Shown: positions 1 through 8,371 of the stretch, piece after piece | Layout: each line of letters starts with the position of its first letter | How positions within the stretch are numbered: the first letter of the stretch is position 1 | NCBI GenBank assembly: GCA_044225365.1 | Contig: JBGAIQ010000017.1 | Coordinates: forward strand, 32,001 to 96,000 | DNA: 64,000 bases | DNA from: Planctomycetota bacterium | Lineage (GTDB): Bacteria > Planctomycetota > B15-G4 > JADJEK01 | Direction of reading: 5' to 3' | Program-made: the position numbers and the translations under genes | Notes under the pieces: model-generated | The model's database searches: none | Told to the model about the DNA's origin: nothing | What the model saw: only the letters and a program-made list of their open reading frames with translations

Positions 1-183
1 CTGCCTTGTGGATAATTCCTGCGTCCGGATTCCCGCGCGCCGGAGTTTGAGGTATTTTTAGGGCGTATCGTGCGCGCCCGCTTCGACGGATCGTCCTTCC
101 ACACGAGCCTGTCCCTCCAGTTCGGCGCGCGAATCCGTTCGAGCCTGTCCCCAACATCCCCGATGCTTTCCGATGGAGGAACC

Positions 184-2481
184 ATGGCGCGCTCTCCCGA
201 AGTGAGTCGCCTCTTCGTTTGTGGTGCGTTGACGATCGCAGCGGCGCTGGCGGCGCCCGCGATGGCACGCACGATCACCCCGACCGAACAGATCAAGGCC
301 GCGCTGAACGTCTCGAAGTTCTCGGTGCAGTCGATCGCCCTTCCCGCGTGGAATGGCGGCGACGTCCAGGTCTTCGTCGAGCTCGGAAACGGCCCGGCCG
401 TTCTCGCGCTGCATCCGCACACGATCCGCTCGGACTCGTTCAAACTCCTGATCGACGACGGCCATGGCCCGAAAGCGGTCGAGCCCCCGACGTCGCGGAC
501 CTTCAAGGGCGACGTCTTCCAACTCGTCGGCGGCCAGACGCTGCTCGGCCATGTCCGCGCGTCGCTCCTCGATGACGGGCTCTACGCCCGGATCTGGATG
601 GACGACGGCCGCGACTACGGCATCCAGCCGTTGTCGACGGCGCTTCCCGGCGCGCAATTCGGATTGCATGTCAGCTACGAGAAGTCCGACCTCGTGCCCG
701 GTGATTGGAAGTGCGGCAACGACATGCTCGGAATGAGCGCGAGTCCGACCGGGACCACGCTCGGCCCCGCGGGCAAGTCACAGTTCAAGGCGACCGGCCT
801 CAAGGTCGTCGAGATCGGCGTCGATTCGGACTTCGAGTTCTTCCAGAAGAACGCGAGCAATGCGACGACTGCCGCCTTCGACATCGAGAACGTCCTGAAC
901 GCCGTCGAAGGCATCTACGAGACGGAGGTCCAGATCACCTTCGAGCTCACGGTCAGCATCGTCCGCACGAGCGCGGCCGATCCGTACACGCTGACCAATG
1001 CGACGGGTAGCCCGAGCATCCTCAGCGAATTCCAGAGCTACTGGCAGAGTCAGTACAGCGGCATCAAGCGCGACCACGCTCACCTGATGTCCGGCAAGAA
1101 CTGGACGAGCGGCGGTGTCATCGGTGTCGCGTATCTCAGCGGCGTCTGCGGCGGCACGCTCGGCTACGGCACGGTGGAGACGAAGTTCACGACGAACTTC
1201 ACCTATCGCCAGAGCCTCTCGGCGCACGAGATGGGCCACAACTGGAACGCGCAGCATTGCGATGGTCAGGCCGATTGCGGGATCATGTGCTCCGGCATCG
1301 GTGGCTGCTCGGGCCAGCTCACGAAGTTCGGCGTGCAGGAGACGACGCAGATCACGGGCTGGAAGAACGGCCACTCCGGCTGCCTGCCCGATCTTCCGGA
1401 TTCGGTCGCTCTTCCGCTGAACGATCCGTTCCCGACGACGACGCTCTCGACGACCAACTGGGTCTACAACGACGGCGGCCTCGTCAACGCGGTCGGCGTC
1501 AACGAGCCCTCCAGCCCGAACGCGCTGAATCTCGACTCCGTCGGTGCGGGCGCTGCCGATTTCGACGACGACGAGGACGAAGTCCGCACGGGCTTCCTGC
1601 TCGCCGCCGCCGCGCCCAATACGACGAACATCAGCTACAAGGTCGAGCACATCGGCGTCGAGTCCGGTGAGCAGCTTCTCGTCTACTACTGGAACAACGC
1701 GCTGACGTGGAAGCTCCTGAACACGATCACCTCCGACGGGATCGATCAGACTAGCTTCACCACGTTCTCGCATCCGATTCCGACGGACGCGAAGCACAAC
1801 GAGCTACGCCTGCGGTTCAAGACCAACGGCAATGAGACGAACGACGATTGGTACATCGACGACGTGGCGGTGAGCCAGCCGGCGTCCGGTCCACCCATCC
1901 TGACGTCGGTCTCGCCGAGCACCGCGCAGATCCTCCTCGATGGCACGATCACGCTCACCGGCTCGAACTTCAGTGGTTCGACGCAGGTGACGATCGGATC
2001 GAACGTGCTGACCGCGGGTGGATTCACGATCGTGAACGACACGCAGATCACGGTTTCCGGTCTGATTCCGAGCTCGCTCGGAACGAAGGCCGTCACCGTG
2101 ACCAATCCGAGCGGCACGAGCGGTTCTCAGAATCTCACGTACAACGCGGCGGATCCAACGCTGTTGATCGTCCCGGCCCTGACCAACAACGGCGGGAACT
2201 TCGATCTGCAGGTCGCGGGTCAGCCGAACTGGCAGGCATTCCTGATCGTGAACCTTTCGTTCTCGACCTTCCAGTTCAACGGCTCCACGTGGCTGTCGTC
2301 GCTCGTGCTGATCCCGTTCGGCACGCTGAACTCGGTCGGCTACCAGGCCATCTCGATCCCGCTCTCGGGCGTCCCGGGCGGCCTGCCGATCTACACGCAG
2401 TACTGGACCTTCCCGCCGGGCGCGACGAGCGCGACGCAGGGCAAGGTGTCGAACATCGGCTCGACGCTGAATCTCTTCTAA
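184..2481 (+). CDS. Secreted M12B (reprolysin-like) zinc metallopeptidase with IPT/TIG-like domain and shared C-terminal domain
   Basis: GGAGGA RBS at 175-180 before ATG 184. Signal peptide ends AAPAMA. Cys-switch-like WKCGND, zinc motif HEMGHNWNAQH and Met-turn GIMC are present. IPT-like segment reads PILTSVSP...TITLTGSNF...VTVTNPSG. Confidence 0.88.
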   Translation: MARSPEVSRLFVCGALTIAAALAAPAMARTITPTEQIKAALNVSKFSVQSIALPAWNGGDVQVFVELGNGPAVLALHPHTIRSDSFKLLIDDGHGPKAVEPPTSRTFKGDVFQLVGGQTLLGHVRASLLDDGLYARIWMDDGRDYGIQPLSTALPGAQFGLHVSYEKSDLVPGDWKCGNDMLGMSASPTGTTLGPAGKSQFKATGLKVVEIGVDSDFEFFQKNASNATTAAFDIENVLNAVEGIYETEVQITFELTVSIVRTSAADPYTLTNATGSPSILSEFQSYWQSQYSGIKRDHAHLMSGKNWTSGGVIGVAYLSGVCGGTLGYGTVETKFTTNFTYRQSLSAHEMGHNWNAQHCDGQADCGIMCSGIGGCSGQLTKFGVQETTQITGWKNGHSGCLPDLPDSVALPLNDPFPTTTLSTTNWVYNDGGLVNAVGVNEPSSPNALNLDSVGAGAADFDDDEDEVRTGFLLAAAAPNTTNISYKVEHIGVESGEQLLVYYWNNALTWKLLNTITSDGIDQTSFTTFSHPIPTDAKHNELRLRFKTNGNETNDDWYIDDVAVSQPASGPPILTSVSPSTAQILLDGTITLTGSNFSGSTQVTIGSNVLTAGGFTIVNDTQITVSGLIPSSLGTKAVTVTNPSGTSGSQNLTYNAADPTLLIVPALTNNGGNFDLQVAGQPNWQAFLIVNLSFSTFQFNGSTWLSSLVLIPFGTLNSVGYQAISIPLSGVPGGLPIYTQYWTFPPGATSATQGKVSNIGSTLNLF

Positions 2482-2592
2482 CGAATCTCGGCCGCTGCCA
2501 CGCCTGGCCCGCTCTTCGGCGAGCGCGCCGGGCCTGATTCGGGAACCTCGGGGTGGATGTCGTACCGGCGTCCACCCCGAGCTCTTTTCCGG

Positions 2593-2616
2593 GACGTGCA
2601 ATGAGACGTGCAATGA
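2593..2616. repeat. Tandem 12-bp direct repeat GACGTGCAATGA x2
   Basis: Exact copies at 2593-2604 and 2605-2616, between convergent genes. Confidence 0.8.
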
Positions 2617-2617
2617 A

Positions 2618-2654
2618 ACGAGCGGCCGCGCGATCCCCCGCGCTGGCCGCTCGT
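2618..2654 (-). terminator. Probable intrinsic terminator of the small Gly/Pro/His-rich gene
   Basis: Perfect 10-bp inverted repeat ACGAGCGGCC/GGCCGCTCGT. On the minus strand it is followed by a short T-rich stretch (TTCATT) and lies 25 nt after the stop at 2680. Confidence 0.55.
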
Positions 2655-2679
2655 CGTTCGTCTCGATTCGGTCGGAGGC

Positions 2680-2973
2680 TCAGCCGTGGTGCGTGCCGCC
2701 GCCGCCGCTACCGCCGCCTCCGCCTGCCGGCTTCTTCGGACCCGGATTGCCCTTGCCCGGCCCGCCATGGTGACCCGGCGTCGAACCGCCATGCGGCCCG
2801 TGTCCGCCACCATTCGGTTTGGGTGGGGGCGGCGGCGGCGCGTGTCCCGCACCGCCGTGGGAACCCGAGCCCGCGGCGAACGCGAACACTCCGGCCTCTG
2901 CCGAGGGAATCGCCGGCGCCGCCTGCGCGGGCATGGTCTGCATCGACAACGAAAGGACGAGAACGCTCAACAT
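2680..2973 (-). CDS. Small (97 aa) secreted low-complexity Gly/Pro/His-rich protein
   Basis: AGGAGG RBS 7 nt upstream of ATG 2973. Hydrophobic N-terminus MLSVLVLSLSMQTMPAQA is followed by PPPPPPKP, GGGHGPHGG and GGGGGSGGGGTHHG. Confidence 0.6.
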   Translation of the reverse strand: MLSVLVLSLSMQTMPAQAAPAIPSAEAGVFAFAAGSGSHGGAGHAPPPPPPKPNGGGHGPHGGSTPGHHGGPGKGNPGPKKPAGGGGGSGGGGTHHG

Positions 2974-3237
2974 ACTGCTGCCTCCTGACGACCGGAGGCT
3001 CCCGGATCCGGGGTCCTCACCTCGATCGCCATTCTCTCTCTTCGAACGGTTTTTCGATTCTTGCCCGGTACACGCACTCGATGGCAGTGAGCCGTCCAAG
3101 TCGGCCCGAGACTCCATCGAGTCAGCGATCGATCGCACGCTCCTCACGGCGCCCGTGGGGGACATGGAGCGACTCGCCAAACGGGATCGTAGCACGGCTC
3201 GCGATCGCGACAATCGCCGCGGCTTCGGCCGCCGCCG

Positions 3238-3585
3238 TCACTCGCCCCACACCTCGATCGTGTCGCGCCGGAACAAGTCGCCGAGAAAGGACTCGGTGTG
3301 TTGATCGGCGAAGTAGATCACCTTCAGGCCCTTCGCCCTGGCGGCGTCGCCGATCGCGCGGGAGAAGAGCTCGAAGTCGACGAGGTCGTCCGTGTAGGGG
3401 ATCTGGACGTGAACGGAGTTCAGCTCCGCCTTGCGCGTGCCGCGCGGCGTGTTGCGCATGTCCGTGACGACGGGGACCGTGTAGTTCTCGTAGAGCCAGC
3501 CGTGGAGGCAACCGGGCAGCGCCGACACGAGCGCCCCAAGCGCGAGGAAAGCCGCGGCGCGAGGGCGGCTGCGAAGGAGCGCCAT
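3238..3585 (-). CDS. TRL-like family lipoprotein
   Basis: Lipobox LPGC. The C-terminal pattern IGDAARAKGLKVIYFAD...RRDTIEVWGE is typical of TRL-like proteins. Confidence 0.7.
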   Translation of the reverse strand: MALLRSRPRAAAFLALGALVSALPGCLHGWLYENYTVPVVTDMRNTPRGTRKAELNSVHVQIPYTDDLVDFELFSRAIGDAARAKGLKVIYFADQHTESFLGDLFRRDTIEVWGE

Positions 3586-3587
3586 CG

Positions 3588-3890
3588 TCACTCTCCGTAC
3601 GCGATCGTGGTGCGGCGGAGGTAGAGACCCCAGAGGATCACCTTGTACTCGATGTCGAGGTGACGGATGTTCTTGATCCCGCCGTGGTCGGCGGCGGCGG
3701 CCGTGCCGGCGTCGCCCCACGAGACGAGGAACATGATCGAGTAGGCGTCGGCGCGGCCCACCTTGCTTCCGAGTTCCGTGCGATCGACGTCCTCGTCGAG
3801 CGGGAGCCTCAGGTCGGAGTACATGCACCCGGTCTGGGAGAGCAATGTCGAGGCGGTGAGAAGGAGGGTGGCGAGTACGGGTCGGCGCAT
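3588..3890 (-). CDS. TRL-like family lipoprotein
   Basis: Lipobox QTGC. GSKVGRADAYSIMFLVSWGDAGTAAAA..GGI..I.H.D...TTIAYGE matches the TRL-like pattern. Confidence 0.78.
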   Translation of the reverse strand: MRRPVLATLLLTASTLLSQTGCMYSDLRLPLDEDVDRTELGSKVGRADAYSIMFLVSWGDAGTAAAADHGGIKNIRHLDIEYKVILWGLYLRRTTIAYGE

Positions 3891-4103
3891 CGTCGGGGCG
3901 GCTCCGGGATTCGAGAGAGGACGGTTCGCGATCTGCAAGGGCGTCGAGTGTACGCGGCGGATCGACCTCGGCAATGAAGCCGGTCCCGCGATTTCGGCGT
4001 GCCCCCTTGCCGCGGATGCACGGATGGCCAGAATCGCCCCACTTGCGAGGCCGCGGCGCGCGATGTCGTGCGCGACGCGATCCTCGACGACGGAGCGCTC
4101 ACG

Positions 4104-5012
4104 ATGAAACTCGGCTGGATCGGCTGCGGCGTGATGGGACACTCGATGGCGGGCCACCTGCTCTCTGCGGGTCACGAAGTCGTGATCCAGACGCGGACGC
4201 CATCGAAGGCGGCGACGCTGGTCGAGAGGGGCGCGCGGCTCGTGAAGACGCCCGCGGAGGCGGCGAACGGGGTCGACGTCGTGTTCTCGATGGTGGGGTA
4301 TCCGAGCGATGTGGAAGCCGTGCATCTCTCCGGTGACGGCACGCTCGCGGCGTCGAAGCTTCCGCGCGTCCTCGTCGACATGACGACGAGCGAGCCGAGT
4401 CTCGCCGCGCGGATCCACGCGGCGGCCGCGAAGAAGGGCGTGCAGAGCCTCGATGCGCCGGTCTCGGGCGGCGACATCGGCGCCCGCAACGCGACGCTGT
4501 CGATCATGGTGGGTGGCGATGCCGCCGCGTTCGAGATCGTCCGACCGCTCTTCGACAAACTCGGCAAGCACGTCCACCTGCAGGGCGGGCCGGGCGCGGG
4601 GCAGCACACGAAACTGATGAACCAGATCCTGATCGCGAGCAACATGATCGGGGTCTGCGAAGCGCTGCTCTACGCCCGCAAGTCGGGGCTCGATCCGTTG
4701 AAGGCCCTGGAGTCGGTATCGGTCGGCGCCGCCGGGTCGTGGTCGCTCTCGAATCTCGCACCGCGCATGCTGCGACGCGACTTCGCGCCGGGATTCTTCG
4801 TCGAGCACTTCCTGAAGGACCTCGGCATCGCGCTCGACGAGGCTGCGCGGCTCGGGCTCTCCTTGCCGGGCCTCGGGCTCGCGCGTCAGCTCTACCTCGC
4901 GGTCGCGGCGCAGGGGCACGCGCGTCAGGGTACGCAGGCCTTGCTGCTCGCGCTCGAGCATCTGAACGCGCTTCCCGCGTCCGCACCCGTCGAATCCGTC
5001 GCTGGGCGGTGA
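4104..5012 (+). CDS. NAD(P)-dependent beta-hydroxyacid dehydrogenase (3-hydroxyisobutyrate dehydrogenase/tartronate semialdehyde reductase family)
   Basis: GWIGCGVMG Rossmann motif, DAPVSGG, and catalytic Lys in GQHTKLMNQ. Confidence 0.92.
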   Translation: MKLGWIGCGVMGHSMAGHLLSAGHEVVIQTRTPSKAATLVERGARLVKTPAEAANGVDVVFSMVGYPSDVEAVHLSGDGTLAASKLPRVLVDMTTSEPSLAARIHAAAAKKGVQSLDAPVSGGDIGARNATLSIMVGGDAAAFEIVRPLFDKLGKHVHLQGGPGAGQHTKLMNQILIASNMIGVCEALLYARKSGLDPLKALESVSVGAAGSWSLSNLAPRMLRRDFAPGFFVEHFLKDLGIALDEAARLGLSLPGLGLARQLYLAVAAQGHARQGTQALLLALEHLNALPASAPVESVAGR

Positions 5013-5173
5013 CCTGGCCGACGCTTCAAAGTACAATCGACGCCCGCATCGGGGGCATCTCGTTCTCCCCTCGATTCGATACTCGACCCCGAAGTCCGAT
5101 ATTCCGATTCCCCCAAGTCGAAGCGCTCGCATCGCGGGCGTCGTCGATCCCACCCGACGGAGGAAGCGATCCC

Positions 5174-6856
5174 ATGCGCACTCGCCTCGCTGCACTGGCC
5201 GTTCTCTCGATCCTCGTCGCCGATGCGTCGGCCGGCAGTCTCGCGCCGCGGCGCGCATTCCCCCTGATCGCGGTGGGTGCGAGGAGCGGGGCGACGGCCT
5301 TTCGGCTCGCGCCGGATGCGTTGAAGCAGCTCGGCTCGATGCGCGAAGTGCGCTTCGACGGCGTCGCGATCCCACGGCTCGGCAAGCTCGATCTCGACCT
5401 GCATGCGGTGAAGGTGCGCCTCACGAGCGATGCGGTCCGCGTCGACGGAATCGTTTCCCACGATTCCGCGCTCGACGGCCTCTCGATGTGGTCGGGCAAG
5501 GTGGTCGGGCACGACGATTCGGAAGTGTTCCTCGCGTTCTCGCGAGCGGGCAGCCGCGGGTTCGTCGCCATCGGATCGCAGCGAGTGCAGCTCGACGCCG
5601 CGCCGGAAGCGGGCAACGATTGGTCGCATTCGTTCTCGGTCTGGCGCGTCGAGGATGGCACGCCGCTCCCCGGCCAGTCGGCGACGGCGCCCTACTGCGC
5701 GGGCGGCATCGCGCGACCGATCGTGGGCGGCAGCAAGGTCGCGGCGCGAACGCCCGTCGGTGGGCCGCAGAAGTCGACGAGCGTGACGCCGATCTACGAA
5801 GCGCACGTCGCGATGGAGACGGACACGCAGTACTACGCGTTGTTCAACGATCTCACGGCCGCGCAGAACTATCTCTTCCAGCTCCTCGGCGCGATCTCGA
5901 ATCGCTACCGCGAGCAGATCGGCGCGATCCTCACGTTCCCGTACGTCGGCTTTCATACGGCGACCGACAATTGGGTCGCGGAGGAGAATGGCGGCGGCTC
6001 GATCGGCCTGCTCTTCGAATACCAGGCTGCATGGCAGAACGGTCAGGGCCCCGTGAATGCCGACGTCTACCACTTCGTCTCCGGCGCTTCGCTCGGCGGC
6101 GGCGTGGCGTACCTCCCCGGACTCTGTGATCAGACCTATGGCTTCGGCGTGTCGGGCAACATCGGTGGCAACACGCCGTTCCCGATCGCCGTGGGCCCGC
6201 TCAACTGGGATTTCATGGTGATCGCTCACGAACTCGGACACAATTTCGGCGCGCCGCATACGCACGACTACTGTCCGACGCCCGCCGACGAATGTGCGCC
6301 GAATGGCTACTTCGGGGCGTGCCAGACCCAGCAGACCTGCACGTCCGCCGGCACGATCATGAGCTACTGCCATCTGTGCTCGGGCGGCCTCTCGAACATC
6401 TCCACCTACTTCCATCCGTGGAGCGTGTCCGATTGCCGCGCGCTCGTCACGGCGAGCTGCCTTCAGTTCTACGAGGGCATCGCGTACTTCGCGAATCTCG
6501 GCTACGCGCTCACCGGCACGAACGGCACGCCGTCGCTCGATGTGAACTACGACGCGCCGACCGACGTGATCTCGTTCGACGTTCAGCACGCGCCGCACAA
6601 CCGTCCGGGCACGCTGTTCATCGCGGCCTCGACCGCGATGCTGCCGCTCTACGGCGGAACCCTCGTTCCCGCGGTACAGATCATGGTCCCGATGAACTCG
6701 AACGGCACGGGCAACGCAACGATCGCCGCCGCGCTTCCGCCAGGATCCGTCTCGCTGCCGGGCGGCGCGACCTTCTACTCGCAGGCATGGTTCTCGGACC
6801 CGCTGAAGTTCGTCGCCGCGACGAACGGCGCGGAGTTCGAGCTGATCCTGCCGTGA
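5174..6856 (+). CDS. Secreted M12B (reprolysin-like) zinc metallopeptidase with shared C-terminal domain
   Basis: Signal peptide MRTRLAALAVLSILVADASA, PYCAGG Cys-switch, HELGHNFGAPHTH zinc motif and Met-turn GTIMSYCH. Confidence 0.88.
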   Translation: MRTRLAALAVLSILVADASAGSLAPRRAFPLIAVGARSGATAFRLAPDALKQLGSMREVRFDGVAIPRLGKLDLDLHAVKVRLTSDAVRVDGIVSHDSALDGLSMWSGKVVGHDDSEVFLAFSRAGSRGFVAIGSQRVQLDAAPEAGNDWSHSFSVWRVEDGTPLPGQSATAPYCAGGIARPIVGGSKVAARTPVGGPQKSTSVTPIYEAHVAMETDTQYYALFNDLTAAQNYLFQLLGAISNRYREQIGAILTFPYVGFHTATDNWVAEENGGGSIGLLFEYQAAWQNGQGPVNADVYHFVSGASLGGGVAYLPGLCDQTYGFGVSGNIGGNTPFPIAVGPLNWDFMVIAHELGHNFGAPHTHDYCPTPADECAPNGYFGACQTQQTCTSAGTIMSYCHLCSGGLSNISTYFHPWSVSDCRALVTASCLQFYEGIAYFANLGYALTGTNGTPSLDVNYDAPTDVISFDVQHAPHNRPGTLFIAASTAMLPLYGGTLVPAVQIMVPMNSNGTGNATIAAALPPGSVSLPGGATFYSQAWFSDPLKFVAATNGAEFELILP

Positions 6857-6886
6857 TCGCGCGGATCGCCGAACGGGCGGCCGCGC

Positions 6887-7570
6887 TCACGCGCCCGTCG
6901 AGACCCTTCGCAGGTACTCCGCGATGTCCTTGCCCGGTTCGTCGGTGAACGACTGATCGAGCACCCGCAGGCTCGCGATGCGCTCGGGGCGGAAGTTCCG
7001 GAAGTCGCCGCGCAGCTCGCACCACGCGGTCAGCGTCCAACTCGACCCCCAGAACGCGAGGGCGAGCGGTCGCACGGTGCGTGAGCTCTTCTTCGAGTCG
7101 GCGTCGCTGTAGGCGAACGCGACCTTCCTGTGGTCCGTGATCGCGCGCCGCAGCTTCTCGAGCGCGGCCTTCATCGGCACCGGGACGTGGAACGCGGGGA
7201 CGTAGAGATCGACCCGATCGGCGTCGCGCCGACGGAGCTCGGGCAACGCGGCCCGGACTTTCTCGACCGCCTGCTTCGCGTGCCGCGCGAGTTCGGCATC
7301 GGCCCAGGCGGATACCATGCGCGCGCCGAGGACGAGGGCTTCGAGTTCGTCGCGGCTGAACATCAGGGGCGGGAGGTCGAAGCCCGCCTTCAACGCGTAG
7401 CCGACGCCCGCCTCACCGTCGATCGGGATGCCGCTCTTCACGAGATCGGCGACGTCGCGGTAGACGGTGCGTTGCGAGACCTCGAGCTCGAGCGCGATCT
7501 CGGCGGCCGTCGCCGAGGCTCGCGCTCGCAGCAACTGAACGATCTGGAAGAGTCGATCCGCGCGACGCAT
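6887..7570 (-). CDS. YafY-family HTH-WYL transcriptional regulator
   Basis: MRRADRLFQIVQLLR...ELEVSQRTVYRD winged HTH, GEAGVGY and LPPLMFSRDE. WYL domain reads RTVRPLAL...WTLTAWCELRGDFRNFRPERI. Confidence 0.93.
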   Translation of the reverse strand: MRRADRLFQIVQLLRARASATAAEIALELEVSQRTVYRDVADLVKSGIPIDGEAGVGYALKAGFDLPPLMFSRDELEALVLGARMVSAWADAELARHAKQAVEKVRAALPELRRRDADRVDLYVPAFHVPVPMKAALEKLRRAITDHRKVAFAYSDADSKKSSRTVRPLALAFWGSSWTLTAWCELRGDFRNFRPERIASLRVLDQSFTDEPGKDIAEYLRRVSTGA

Positions 7571-7670
7571 GGTGTCGAAAATCCTACGGACCGCCACGCT
7601 CCAGCGTGGCATGTTCTGCCATCCGATGGGACCGCCCGGACCGCCACGCCCCTTTGTGGCATCCCATTCT

Positions 7671-7730
7671 GATGCCGGGCAGAGCCCGGCGGTCCAGGAG
7701 AGCCGGATGCCGGGCAGAGCCCGGCGGTCC
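7671..7730. repeat. Two direct copies of a 25-bp palindromic REP-like unit GATGCCGGGCAGAGCCCGGCGGTCC
   Basis: Copies at 7671-7695 and 7706-7730. Each contains the hairpin GCCGGGC-AGA-GCCCGGC. An inverted partner GGGACCGCC lies at 7628-7636. Confidence 0.8.
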
Positions 7731-7740
7731 CGGAGCCTTC

Positions 7741-8205
7741 CTAGTCGACGCGCCGGTACGAGCCCTCGAGCACGGTCATCCACTTCGCGCCGTCCTGCGA
7801 CATCTCCATCTTGAACGTGCTCTTCCCCGGGACGCTGTGGTCGCTGACGCAGCGGCAATGCCCCTCCGGGCCCTTGTTCGTGAGATCGAAGACGCCGTTC
7901 TCGAACGTGCCGCGGAACAGCGAGCCCTGCCCGCCCGCGGAGTCGACCCAGAACATGGTGTACTCGTTCGCCTTGGGATCGAAGCCGTAGACGCCATGGC
8001 CGGTGAACGTCACCTTGCCGTCGCGCTTCTGCTCGTACTCGTGAAAGACGCAGAAGCCGTCGAGCACGATCCTGTTCTCGAAACTCCCCTCCGTTCGCGC
8101 TCCCTTCGCATCCCAGGGCCCGGGGGGCATGGTCTCGCTCCCCGCGAAGCGACCGGCGAGTGCGTGCAGTTTCAGATGTCCTGGCGTGGGCTTGGGCATT
8201 TCCAT
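7741..8205 (-). CDS. DUF1579-like beta-barrel protein
   Basis: MEMPKPTPGHLKLHALAG.F.G, FTGHGVYGFDPKANEYTMFWVDS and C-terminal SQDG..W...EGSYRR resemble DUF1579. Confidence 0.75.
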   Translation of the reverse strand: MEMPKPTPGHLKLHALAGRFAGSETMPPGPWDAKGARTEGSFENRIVLDGFCVFHEYEQKRDGKVTFTGHGVYGFDPKANEYTMFWVDSAGGQGSLFRGTFENGVFDLTNKGPEGHCRCVSDHSVPGKSTFKMEMSQDGAKWMTVLEGSYRRVD

Positions 8206-8273
8206 GGGTTTCGCGTTCCTTGCGACTTGGAGGTTGCGGCAGACGGTTTCGTCCGCCGAGCACTTCGGGTGCG

Positions 8274-8310
8274 ATGGTACGAAGGCGCTGCTGACACCGT
8301 CGTGGCAGCA
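8274..8310 (-). promoter_or_regulatory. Putative WYL-regulator operator (TGCTGACA-N6-TGGCAGCA) and minus-strand -10 box TACCAT
   Basis: Imperfect inverted repeat at 8289-8310. The minus strand reads TGTCAG-N11-TACCAT upstream of DUF1579-yafY. Confidence 0.6.
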
Positions 8311-8371
8311 TGCTGGCAGGAGCCGCAGATCGCGGTAAGGTGATCGACGACGAACGGCGAGAAGGAGTTCC

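Noticed and set aside
2980-3070. c-di-GMP-I riboswitch upstream of the Gly/His-rich gene
   Set aside because: Only fragments resemble it (GCCTCCGGTC). The GNRA-capped P2 and the conserved spacing are missing.
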